A program made the position numbers and the translations under genes. From positions 13,126-77,125 of the IMG/VR virus record IMGVR_UViG_3300020576_003018: 64,000 nt of DNA. One strand, 5' to 3'. The stretch comes from a virus. Its lineage: Duplodnaviria; Caudoviricetes. Under the pieces are notes generated by a model. That model was not told the origin of the DNA, did not search any database, and saw only the letters and a program-made list of their open reading frames with translations. This document shows, piece after piece, positions 55,871-63,897 of this stretch. Within the stretch, counting starts at the first letter, position 1, and every line of letters starts with the position of its first letter.

Positions 55871-56105
55871 TTTTAAGATTGGGAAGTTGTATGAAGTCAC
55901 TGCCACATTCTACAATTACAACAATTTCGGAACTTGTTTCCAAGTGGGTGATTTTCTGGTTTATTTGGAAGAAAAGGAGTCTCTGACTCCTGGTGTGATA
56001 GAGTTGATTTTTCTTTCCCCGCAGCACGGCAGAGTTTTTTTCTCCCTCCGCGACCACTCGACTTTGTTTTCGCTCCTTCGAGAAATTCCAGGTGATGATG
56101 AATGA
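55860..56105 (+). CDS. Array-family protein, FLSPxHG subfamily
   Basis: IGKLYEV, VGDFLVYL, FLSPQHG. Confidence 0.7.
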   Translation: MISDFKIGKLYEVTATFYNYNNFGTCFQVGDFLVYLEEKESLTPGVIELIFLSPQHGRVFFSLRDHSTLFSLLREIPGDDE

Positions 56106-56446
56106 CAGAAAACACACAACAGCCTCAAATCCTATTGATTAACAGCAACGACTGCGTTGACACTCTGAATCCAGGCGATTTGTGTGAGTGGGCGGATTAT
56201 CCTTTAAGAGACGCATATTGGGTGACAAAGGAGTCATATCGGCTCTACAATTGTGTAGCTTATATGACAAAAACCAATGTTGCTCGTGTTGGATTTTCCA
56301 CAATTTTTGCGGTTGTTGGTGCTGACTGTTTGGACAGCGGAGGATTGGAACTTACTCTGCTGGACCCGGTTGTCGGGCGATGGTATTTCCGTCAACAATC
56401 CACTCAAGTTGTTTGGGCTCTTAGAAAGGTAGTAGCGGACGAATGA
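56102..56446 (+). CDS. Array-family protein
   Basis: PGDLCEW, IFAVVG, LDPVVG. Confidence 0.65.
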   Translation: MTENTQQPQILLINSNDCVDTLNPGDLCEWADYPLRDAYWVTKESYRLYNCVAYMTKTNVARVGFSTIFAVVGADCLDSGGLELTLLDPVVGRWYFRQQSTQVVWALRKVVADE

Positions 56447-56736
56447 ACAGCGCAGAAAATGAAAAGATGACCGACTTGTTCCCAGGAAAACTTTATGAAC
56501 TCACAACGGGGTGGTTGAGCTTTTATTTCGCTTCTATCGAAAAAGAAGTTGTGATTGGTAAAGGTGAACGTCTGTTGTTTTTGTTTGAGAGTTGTCATGG
56601 TCGTCTTCTCTCCCTTGTTTTCCTAAGCCCAAAACATGGTAAAACTGTTGTGTGCGACTTTGGGATCAGTAAAGGAAAGAACTATCATCCGTCGTTCTTT
56701 GAATTGTTTCAAGAAGTGCAGTGCAATGACGAATAA
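56443..56736 (+). CDS. Array-family protein, FLSPxHG subfamily
   Basis: PGKLYEL, GERLLFL, FLSPKHG. Confidence 0.7.
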   Translation: MNSAENEKMTDLFPGKLYELTTGWLSFYFASIEKEVVIGKGERLLFLFESCHGRLLSLVFLSPKHGKTVVCDFGISKGKNYHPSFFELFQEVQCNDE

Positions 56737-57022
56737 ATCGGATCTTGTTGTGGGCCAGCTTTACCGTTTGTCTAATTTTTTGTCCAATTCTTTGGATCCC
56801 GACGAATACAACCTCGTCTACACACACGGGGGAGGAAAACAATGTTGGTTGAAGGCAGACGAGTTGCTTGTTTTCACGGGCCAAAGAGTCGTCGAAGAAG
56901 ATTACGAGTTGTTTGACGAATACGCATTCCTCTCTCCTGAACATGGGCATGTGGTTGTGATTACGCGCCACAAAAAACCACTTTCTTTCACTCTTGCTGT
57001 AGATGAAGAGAAGAATCCATGA
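56726..57022 (+). CDS. Array-family protein, FLSPxHG subfamily
   Basis: VGQLYRL, DELLVF, FLSPEHG. Confidence 0.7.
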   Translation: MTNKSDLVVGQLYRLSNFLSNSLDPDEYNLVYTHGGGKQCWLKADELLVFTGQRVVEEDYELFDEYAFLSPEHGHVVVITRHKKPLSFTLAVDEEKNP

Positions 57023-57294
57023 TTTTCGATCTTGTTCCTGGGGAGTTGTATGAAACTGTTCACGAACTCCGAGTTAATGTGAATTTGACAACCAATGTTT
57101 TGCTCGAAGAAGGGGATCGAGTTGTCGTTCTTTCACATACTTTTGGTCTGCACAAGAGCCCAATGGCCACCGTGTCGCTCTTGAGCCCTAAGCATGGAAA
57201 AGTCAAGGCTACATTGATTTTTAGTAGCAATATTCTCAAGGGAACAGAAGTGTGGTTCAAAAGGATTTCCACAGAAGAAGAGGAACAAGTATGA
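57019..57294 (+). CDS. Array-family protein, FLSPxHG subfamily
   Basis: PGELYE, GDRVVVL, LLSPKHG. Confidence 0.7.
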   Translation: MIFDLVPGELYETVHELRVNVNLTTNVLLEEGDRVVVLSHTFGLHKSPMATVSLLSPKHGKVKATLIFSSNILKGTEVWFKRISTEEEEQV

Positions 57295-57608
57295 TTACGA
57301 ATTCGGTTTACAAGATCGGTGGTTTGTTTCGGTGTTTGAAAAACGTTCATTATGAACGAGAAGGGCAAACTTCCAGGCTTGGAGTGGTTTTTGGCGGGAT
57401 CAACACCAAACTGTTCAGCAGATCAGCGTGGATTGTTTTTGGGGATTTGTGTGTTCTTCTCAACGTTGACAGGATTGGTGGCAAGTTTTTCTGGCTGCAT
57501 CCAGATCATGGAAAGATCTTTACACGATTCACCGTGGATGATTTTTATGATGGGAGATTGTTCCACGAAACCTGGGAGGAGGTAAAACAGGATGAGATCG
57601 TTGAGTGA
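57291..57608 (+). CDS. Array-family protein, LHPDHG pair
   Basis: IGGLFR, GDLCVLL, FWLHPDHGKI, WEEV. Confidence 0.7.
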   Translation: MITNSVYKIGGLFRCLKNVHYEREGQTSRLGVVFGGINTKLFSRSAWIVFGDLCVLLNVDRIGGKFFWLHPDHGKIFTRFTVDDFYDGRLFHETWEEVKQDEIVE

Positions 57609-57882
57609 GATCAAAGTCGGAAAACTGTATCGTAGCAAAACATTTCTAACGTTCAGCCTGGAAACCAACTCAAAACAAACCAAATATCTCACATTCTTTG
57701 GATATCCAAGTCGTAACAGTGTCGAGCCGGGGACTTTGTGTCTTTTGCTGAGTGTTGAGCCAATCGAGTGCAGGACTTATTAGTTGCACCCAGATCATGG
57801 AAAGATCTCTTGCCCATTTCTTTTGAGCAAGTTTTGGATTGGCTGGGAAGAAGTGAGTGACCTGGATGATCATGCTGAATGA
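57592..57882 (+). pseudogene. Array-family ORF with in-frame TAG at 57781
   Basis: VGKLYR, GTLCLLL, then Y*LHPDHGKI...WEEV, matching the upstream paralog. Confidence 0.7.
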
Positions 57883-57908
57883 GTAGTTGTCAACAAAGAG
57901 TCAAGTAA

Positions 57909-58127
57909 ATGAGCACCTGTCAATTTAAGCCTGGGGATTTGGTTCGTAGAAAAGAAGACGACATAAGTTTTGGAATCGTTCTCCGGGTTCGAGACACAAA
58001 CATAAACCAGTTCAAGGGTTCTTCATTTGTCTGCGTCCTTGATTCGGATTCAGGAAACCAAATGTGGTTTTTTGAATCCAGGCTGGTTCATGTCGAGGTA
58101 GAAGAAGAAGCGGAAAACAATGAGTAG
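57909..58127 (+). CDS. Array-family KOW-like protein
   Basis: PGDLVRR, FGIVLRV, DSG..MWFF...LVHV. Confidence 0.7.
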   Translation: MSTCQFKPGDLVRRKEDDISFGIVLRVRDTNINQFKGSSFVCVLDSDSGNQMWFFESRLVHVEVEEEAENNE

Positions 58128-58365
58128 CAACAACAGCAGCAGCGGAAAATTTCAGGTTGGAGACTTGGTTGAGATGCAAGTTATCACCTTCAATGAAGAA
58201 TTGAAAAAAGGAGTTGTTATTGATATTGTTTCCAACAATATCAAGTATCCAGGAGAAGATTCGTTCCAAGTTTTGAAGGTTTGCAATCTTGCTGGTAACA
58301 CAACTCAAATCTGGAGTAGATCTCTCAAACTTTTAGCAACAGCAGCAGAGGAATCGAACACATGA
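58120..58365 (+). CDS. Array-family KOW-like protein
   Basis: VGDLVEM, KGVVIDI, LKLL. Confidence 0.7.
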   Translation: MSSNNSSSGKFQVGDLVEMQVITFNEELKKGVVIDIVSNNIKYPGEDSFQVLKVCNLAGNTTQIWSRSLKLLATAAEESNT

Positions 58366-58643
58366 CCAAGCCAAAATTCTTATCTCTCCGAGACTCACAA
58401 ACCCTTTTGACTTTCTTCAAGAAAGACGACTTCTATCCTGGGTTGCTGTTGGAACAAGAGAACGGCGAGCACATTTGCTTGCTCGATTTCTTGTTTGAAG
58501 TGTTTGATGACGAACAAGAGACTCACACTTATCTTTTCTTCTCAGGCATCAAATTGGATGGCTCCAAAAGTCGTTTCTGCATTCAGTTTCAAAAAAGAGT
58601 TTCTGGGTTCTCGTTCCGTGATCCCGACGCATCCTTCCTCTGA
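58362..58643 (+). CDS. Hypothetical protein
   Basis: ATGA-coupled; PGLLL. Confidence 0.55.
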   Translation: MTKPKFLSLRDSQTLLTFFKKDDFYPGLLLEQENGEHICLLDFLFEVFDDEQETHTYLFFSGIKLDGSKSRFCIQFQKRVSGFSFRDPDASFL

Positions 58644-58729
58644 TATCCACAACCCCTCACAAGCCTCAGCAGTGCCACCAAATCTTTTCAACGACACCCA
58701 ATCCATCCAAGATATTTCCCTGTCAGGAT

Positions 58730-58799
58730 AAGCCTCCTGAAGTGATTTGGGGTGTGGGGTGGTTTTGGTGTTGCGTGTTGGGATGAGTGGTGATAGAGT
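58730..58799 (+). promoter_or_regulatory. Degenerate GCATCCTGG motif plus leaderless promoter
   Basis: GCCTCCTGAAGTGATTTGGG; TTGCGT(58771)-17-TAGAGT-6 nt-ATG 58806. Confidence 0.65.
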
Positions 58800-58805
58800 G
58801 TGGGC

Positions 58806-59066
58806 ATGAACACTCATCCATATCGTCTTGCGTGGCAGCCGTCTCCAATTCCTCCCAAGTTGAATCGGTTCAAGTTTTGGAATAGAGTTTCATTGGCCGG
58901 ACTTGTTTTTCATGTTCTTTCCGCGTTTTTACTCTTGGCCTCAATTCCCTTTTACCCTTACCCATCGCAGAACGGTGAACTGTTCCGGCAAATTGCATTT
59001 CTCTTCTTTGTTAGCTTTGCAATCGTTGTTGTTTACTCTGTTGGGAAGATGGAGGATCTTTCATGA
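58806..59066 (+). CDS. Small membrane protein
   Basis: Two hydrophobic segments. Confidence 0.6.
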   Translation: MNTHPYRLAWQPSPIPPKLNRFKFWNRVSLAGLVFHVLSAFLLLASIPFYPYPSQNGELFRQIAFLFFVSFAIVVVYSVGKMEDLS

Positions 59067-59431
59067 AACCTGGGGATTTGGTTGGTTTTGTTCCCAGTGT
59101 ACGCAGTGGATATAAGAAAGAAAGAGGTTTCTTTGAAGTAACGGATGATCAAAACAATGATTTTGTCGCCATTGAAGAAGCGGGGGGAAAGTGGCGGTAT
59201 GTTTTGCTTCCCCCGGATTATTCCCAGGGGTATGACCGACCAAGAGGAAGAATCAACCTTGTAACAGTACACACCGACGCAAAATTCATTTGCATAGATG
59301 TCGGGTTCAACCCAAACCCATGCACTCATTGGTGTGTCTTGTTGGCTGTGGAACATGCTCATATTATTTTCTCAAGCAGTGCCGATGAACTCTTTGAAGT
59401 TCTTGCGGAAAGCAATGTGGAAGAGCAATGA
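59063..59431 (+). CDS. Array-family protein
   Basis: PGDLVGF, FEVL. Confidence 0.65.
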   Translation: MKPGDLVGFVPSVRSGYKKERGFFEVTDDQNNDFVAIEEAGGKWRYVLLPPDYSQGYDRPRGRINLVTVHTDAKFICIDVGFNPNPCTHWCVLLAVEHAHIIFSSSADELFEVLAESNVEEQ

Positions 59432-59826
59432 CCAACGAACCCACAGAAGAGGAAAAGAAGCTGGTTGGAAAGCTAGTTCGGCTCAAGACCGACGAGGATC
59501 ACAACACTTCAAAAGCTCCAGTTATTTCCATTTCCATTCAGGAGGAGTTGAAATGTGATTCGACACTTCCAAGAACTTGGTTCGGTGGAAGGTATGCAAA
59601 ACCAAATGGCAAGACTCAAGCAGAAGCCTTGAAGTTTTTACCCAAACAAACGACCTTGCTGATTGTTGATGTTGTCACTCTTCATGAATGTGAACCACTT
59701 TATGCTGTTGTTGACAACGGGACTGGATCGTTGTATCTCATCAACCGAGACGGCTTTGAACTGGTTCCAGACAAAGAGGGGAAGATTCATGACAAAGAGG
59801 GGAAGATTCATGACAAAGATTGGTGA
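59428..59826 (+). CDS. Array-family protein
   Basis: LVGKLVRL, LLIVDV, NGTG, FELV; DKEGKIH twice. Confidence 0.7.
   Translation: MTNEPTEEEKKLVGKLVRLKTDEDHNTSKAPVISISIQEELKCDSTLPRTWFGGRYAKPNGKTQAEALKFLPKQTTLLIVDVVTLHECEPLYAVVDNGTGSLYLINRDGFELVPDKEGKIHDKEGKIHDKDW
59770..59819. repeat. Perfect 21-bp tandem duplication at a gene junction
   Basis: GACAAAGAGGGGAAGATTCAT x2, duplicating the RBS and ATG. Confidence 0.95.
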
Positions 59827-60136
59827 TTTGGTTTGCCTGAATAATGAACTTGACCTCAGGCATGTCATTAAAAACCCATCAGAAGTTTACCACGTTGATT
59901 CATTGCCAAAATCAGTTTTAGGGAACTATTGGCTTCTGGCTTCAGGTCCAAACAGCGATCATGTTCTCAATGACGAACTTTTTTTGGTTGTTGATTACTG
60001 TCCAAGCCAAAAAAATATCGAAGGAGAACCGTGGTGGATCGTGTTTTCTCCGAAACACGACCTGTTTTTTCCTTTGGTAGAAGGAGAGTTTGAACCGGCG
60101 ACCGGGGAAAGTAATGTTGATGACACAACAGTTTAA
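59810..60136 (+). CDS. Array-family protein, KIGDLV/LVVD subfamily
   Basis: KIGDLV, LFLVVD, WWIVFSPKH. Confidence 0.7.
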   Translation: MTKIGDLVCLNNELDLRHVIKNPSEVYHVDSLPKSVLGNYWLLASGPNSDHVLNDELFLVVDYCPSQKNIEGEPWWIVFSPKHDLFFPLVEGEFEPATGESNVDDTTV

Positions 60137-60434
60137 GATTGGTGATTTGGTTCGAGTGCTGGGCACGACTAGGCTATTCTCAATTCAGAAATGTGATTCA
60201 CCAGGAGGTGTGGTTTCTATACATTCGAACAACAATTGGTCTTTTGCAGCCAATAACAGGAACAGCCATTTCGATTTGATTGACGAGCTGCTTTTGGTGG
60301 TGGATATTTGCAAAACATCTTTTGATTCAACATGGTGGATTGCGCTTTCTCCTACACATAATTTGTGCTTTGCATTACTGGAGAATGAGTTACAGCCAGT
60401 AGACACGAGCGGAAACACCCAAGATGTTGAGTGA
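60120..60434 (+). CDS. Array-family protein, KIGDLV/LVVD subfamily
   Basis: KIGDLV, LLLVVD, WWIALSPTH. Confidence 0.7.
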   Translation: MTQQFKIGDLVRVLGTTRLFSIQKCDSPGGVVSIHSNNNWSFAANNRNSHFDLIDELLLVVDICKTSFDSTWWIALSPTHNLCFALLENELQPVDTSGNTQDVE

Positions 60435-60738
60435 AAAAATCACAATTGGCGATTTGGTTCAATGCACACGAGACCTCTGCCTTAATGAAGTTGTTCAATC
60501 AACGGAACAAAATCGTGGAAAATATCAACTTTCCCAAACCGGAATCTTTTGGGAATATAAACAACATAGCATTGTCCTCCAAGAAAATTCTCTGTTGCTC
60601 ATTATTGATTTGATCCCACATTTCCGCAGCAAAAACGACCACTTGTTCATTTGTTTGGGGGGCAATGGAAAAACAGTGCCGCTGTTCGACAACGAAATCA
60701 CTCTGATACAAAAAAGAAACGGAGAACTTCCTTTATGA
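60424..60738 (+). CDS. Array-family protein, KIGDLV/LVVD subfamily
   Basis: IGDLV, LLLIID, GGNG..PLFDNEITLI. Confidence 0.7.
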   Translation: MLSEKITIGDLVQCTRDLCLNEVVQSTEQNRGKYQLSQTGIFWEYKQHSIVLQENSLLLIIDLIPHFRSKNDHLFICLGGNGKTVPLFDNEITLIQKRNGELPL

Positions 60739-61043
60739 TCAAGATTGGTGATTTGGTTAGAATCTCGGTCACAGTGTACGAAATACGCAGTCACATCGAG
60801 GCATCAACAAACCAAGGCAGTGCCACTTTGCCTCGTTCTCAAAACGGACTTTATTGGTATTACCGCTACGTCCGCCTCTTCCACAAGAAGCCGCGACACA
60901 GCACAAATGCTATTGTTGTTGATTCTGCTGTTCTTGATGATGGACGTAAAATATTTGTCTGTTTAAGCCCAAATGGAGAGTTCAAACCCTTTGTAGAAAC
61001 AGAATTGTCTCTGATCATAAAAGGAAATTGTGACGAGAGTTAG
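60735..61043 (+). CDS. Array-family protein, KIGDLV/LVVD subfamily
   Basis: KIGDLV, AIVVD, LSPNG..PFVETELSLI. Confidence 0.7.
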   Translation: MIKIGDLVRISVTVYEIRSHIEASTNQGSATLPRSQNGLYWYYRYVRLFHKKPRHSTNAIVVDSAVLDDGRKIFVCLSPNGEFKPFVETELSLIIKGNCDES

Positions 61044-61125
61044 TGTAATAGAAAGATCAATCTTCATTGAAAAACAATCTCTCATTCAGAAAAGGTCAGA
61101 GCGTTGAATAACCACTTGGAAGTTT

Positions 61126-61575
61126 TCAGCAAGTCAAGTGGGTCTTGACGTTATGAATCGGAAGGTATACTTCGCACTCAGAGCAAAAGTGACCTATGCC
61201 ATCATCTCCTTTGTCCCGTTGTCTCCTGCACACAAAAACAGTACCCGAAGGAAACACGGGAATGGTTAGATTTGTTTGTGATGTGTTGGTAGTTTCCATG
61301 CACTTTCTACAGATTCCACCCACTTCCGAGCAGGGTTTTTTGCACTTGTCACATTGATCAAATGTGTTGAAAGGAATCATCCAATCTTTACCCGAAACAT
61401 GGTGCAGAGCGGGCCAGGAGTCGTTTGTGGGAGATCCAACAGAAGATGGAGTTACCTTCGTCATCACAAGAGCAATGTGTTCTTTGATAACCTGCACTTG
61501 TTTTTCATTCAGAGCCACTGTGCCAGAAAGTTCCAAAAACCCGTTTAACCAATACAAAAAATCACGTTCATTCAT
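61126..61575 (-). CDS. Phage hypothetical protein with Zn-finger cysteines
   Basis: FLYWLNGFLE..LNEKQVQVIKEH; CDKC, CRKC, CSEC. Confidence 0.65.
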   Translation of the reverse strand: MNERDFLYWLNGFLELSGTVALNEKQVQVIKEHIALVMTKVTPSSVGSPTNDSWPALHHVSGKDWMIPFNTFDQCDKCKKPCSEVGGICRKCMETTNTSQTNLTIPVFPSGTVFVCRRQRDKGDDGIGHFCSECEVYLPIHNVKTHLTC

Positions 61576-61686
61576 TGTAACACCTAGTCATATCCAGTTG
61601 TGGCACTTTTGATCAACGGTTAACAGCCCTGCAACAGTGCCCCCCGGATCCAACACCAAATCTCAGAAAGGCAACAGAACACCATC

Positions 61687-61986
61687 ATGACTCAGAATAT
61701 CAGCAGGCCAAATCTTCCTCCTCCACCAATCAACCTCGTCCCTGGGGAGACCTATCAACTCCAGCCGTTTCACACCTCGACAATGCGACACACCCCAGAA
61801 GTCCGAATTGTTTTCAACGATCCAACCGATTTGAAAGAGCCCAAATTCTTCCCTGCTGGAACTGAGGTTGTCTGCCTTGGAACAAACGATGGCTGGAAAG
61901 ATACTGTTTGGGTTAAAATTCCAGGTCTTTATGCCTGCTCGGGTTGGGTTTACAACTACGAACTGCAACACCCACATCGGCCTTGA
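61687..61986 (+). CDS. Array-family protein
   Basis: PGETYQL, GTEVVCLG, SGWV. Confidence 0.65.
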   Translation: MTQNISRPNLPPPPINLVPGETYQLQPFHTSTMRHTPEVRIVFNDPTDLKEPKFFPAGTEVVCLGTNDGWKDTVWVKIPGLYACSGWVYNYELQHPHRP

Positions 61987-62053
61987 CACTATACGCCTTA
62001 TTGGCGCCATCCTTCGTCCCAACACACCCTAACCCGTCCAAACAATTTCCTGA

Positions 62054-62077
62054 CACTATAAGGCATCCTGGAGCGAT
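62054..62077. repeat. CACTATAAGGCATCCTGGAGCGAT motif
   Basis: 17/17 core to 51948-51964; 16/17 to 21150-21166. Confidence 0.75.
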
Positions 62078-62079
62078 CT

Positions 62080-62388
62080 ATGACCGATGACAACAGCAAT
62101 CACTTGAAGCGGTGGTGGAATTCTTTTGAGCCGGGGGATTTGGTTCGTCAGAAGAAAGAGTTTATTGGAACTCCTCTTCGTTTTTGGGCAAGAATGGCTT
62201 CTATGGGTATTTTTGAATTTCCTTCGGACACATTTTTTCTTTGTTTGGAAGTGGTAGAAGATGGTGAAGTGTGGAATCTGCTTGCGCCGGGAGGTGAGCA
62301 GGTGTTATGCCGTTATCACGCCCTCGAATTGGTAAGGTTCGCCAGCGAGAAAGATGAAGAGGAAACCGATGACAAAGAATGTGTTTGA
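62080..62388 (+). CDS. Array-family protein
   Basis: PGDLVR, FFLCLE, LAPGG, LELV. Confidence 0.7.
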   Translation: MTDDNSNHLKRWWNSFEPGDLVRQKKEFIGTPLRFWARMASMGIFEFPSDTFFLCLEVVEDGEVWNLLAPGGEQVLCRYHALELVRFASEKDEEETDDKECV

Positions 62389-62620
62389 GGCTGGTAACTT
62401 GATCTTTGGGAAAAACAGTATGGGAGCAAGAGTGTATACTGCGATGAAAGGATTGTCCGGGGGCAAAACGAAGTGGTATTTTGATGCCACACACACACAC
62501 CTCCCTTGCCGCCATCCAGTTGTGTTTCTTGATAAAATCCAAGACGGTTTTGGTCGCAACTTTCTCAGAGTCATTGGACCAGACGGCATTTGTTATGTCA
62601 GGAAGGAAGCTTTCTTTTGA
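62369..62620 (+). CDS. Array-family protein
   Basis: AGNLI, VVFLD, VIGPDG. Confidence 0.65.
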   Translation: MTKNVFEAGNLIFGKNSMGARVYTAMKGLSGGKTKWYFDATHTHLPCRHPVVFLDKIQDGFGRNFLRVIGPDGICYVRKEAFF

Positions 62621-62919
62621 CAGAGACAGAGTATGATGATTCTTTTTATGGTATTCACCCAAAACAGATTGTTCCAGGAACGCTTTTTGTCAGCCGTGAT
62701 CCATCAATCCGTGCGAACCTTTTAGTTTTGGGTGGTGTGGATTGGGATTATAGGGATGCAGGCTATGGCAGGGTTGAGTTTTTGGTGTTCTTCTTTGGTT
62801 TGCATAGTCAAACTGGCAAATCAATGCAATGCCGCGTAAATGCAATAGAAGATTCATACAATGGCAGAATCAATTGGATCAACTACGATATCCTACTTCC
62901 AACTGGGAACGATCCATGA
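62590..62919 (+). CDS. Array-family protein
   Basis: VPGTLF, LLVLG, ILLP; start uncertain. Confidence 0.6.
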   Translation: MLCQEGSFLLTETEYDDSFYGIHPKQIVPGTLFVSRDPSIRANLLVLGGVDWDYRDAGYGRVEFLVFFFGLHSQTGKSMQCRVNAIEDSYNGRINWINYDILLPTGNDP

Positions 62920-63221
62920 CCATCTCTCACAACTCCAAAGACATCGTTCCTGGAGCATTGATTGTTCTGGCAACCACAAAGGAAATCATCTGTCTCGTTC
63001 TGGGCGAAGTAGAAACTGCACAGATGAATGATACCGTCCAAGCACAATTGACAACCTCATCATCCTCTATATTGCTAGCGTATTGCGATGCCTCAACCAG
63101 CTTCATTGGATTGAGTGCCAAATCCGGGGTAAAGAACAAGTTTTATTTGCGAAGCAACAAAAACAGGGTTTTTGACTTTTTGATTTATTCCCCAGACCAT
63201 GATCAGGAAAACTCAGAGTGA
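62916..63221 (+). CDS. Array-family protein
   Basis: VPGALIV, CLVLG. Confidence 0.65.
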   Translation: MTISHNSKDIVPGALIVLATTKEIICLVLGEVETAQMNDTVQAQLTTSSSSILLAYCDASTSFIGLSAKSGVKNKFYLRSNKNRVFDFLIYSPDHDQENSE

Positions 63222-63442
63222 CAACACTAGAAGATCTCAAAAACATTGCACCTGGATCGCTAGTGATTTTTGGGGGTGAGCCCAATCATGTTGCTCTTGT
63301 GCTTGGATGGAGCAGATTCAAAGGCTACTCTGCGGGTTATGTTGTTCTTTGGGGTAGTGGACGTGTTATGGAAATTTTTTTCTGGCCCGATGAAGCTGGG
63401 CATGTTACTATCATCCCACCCAACCCCGACACAGAAGACTAG
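63218..63442 (+). CDS. Array-family protein
   Basis: APGSLVI, ALVLGW, WGSG, IIPP. Confidence 0.65.
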   Translation: MTTLEDLKNIAPGSLVIFGGEPNHVALVLGWSRFKGYSAGYVVLWGSGRVMEIFFWPDEAGHVTIIPPNPDTED

Positions 63443-63451
63443 AAACACCAA

Positions 63452-63691
63452 ATGAATTTTCAAGACGTGAAAGCTTTGTACCCCGTTGGAACCATGCTGA
63501 TGTATCACTCCACGAACACGAACAGATTTTATGACAGTGATCTGATTCTTTCTTGGTGCGAGACTTATGAGACTGCGGAGGTCTTGACTTCCAATGGAAA
63601 AATCAGGACTTTTGGTTATTTGTCAGTTCATAGAAGCACTTTGTGGCCAAACACTCAGATTGTTCTTCCGCCATCAACCACAGAGGAGTGA
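63452..63691 (+). CDS. Array-family protein
   Basis: YPVGTML, LILSW, VLTSNG, IVLPP. Confidence 0.65.
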   Translation: MNFQDVKALYPVGTMLMYHSTNTNRFYDSDLILSWCETYETAEVLTSNGKIRTFGYLSVHRSTLWPNTQIVLPPSTTEE

Positions 63692-63693
63692 TT

Positions 63694-63897
63694 ATGACAA
63701 AGGATTAGTTTCCTGTTGGGACATTGTTGTCTTCTGATTATTGGTCAATTTTGATTCTTGCTTGGAGTGACGATGGGAAGCGGGCAACCGTGTTGTTCGA
63801 GGATGGTGAAATCCATAACCGCAGAGACCTAACAATCAAGGCACATGCTGCATTACACAATGTAATCATTCTTCTTCCAGCGGAGCAACAACCATGA
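63694..63897 (+). pseudogene. Array-family ORF with in-frame TAG at codon 5
   Basis: MTKD*FPVGTLL..LILAW..VLFEDG..IILLP, parallel to 63452. Confidence 0.65.

Noticed and set aside
36844-59819. Tandem repeats as CRISPR arrays
   Set aside because: Only two adjacent copies each, no spacers, and in-frame within genes
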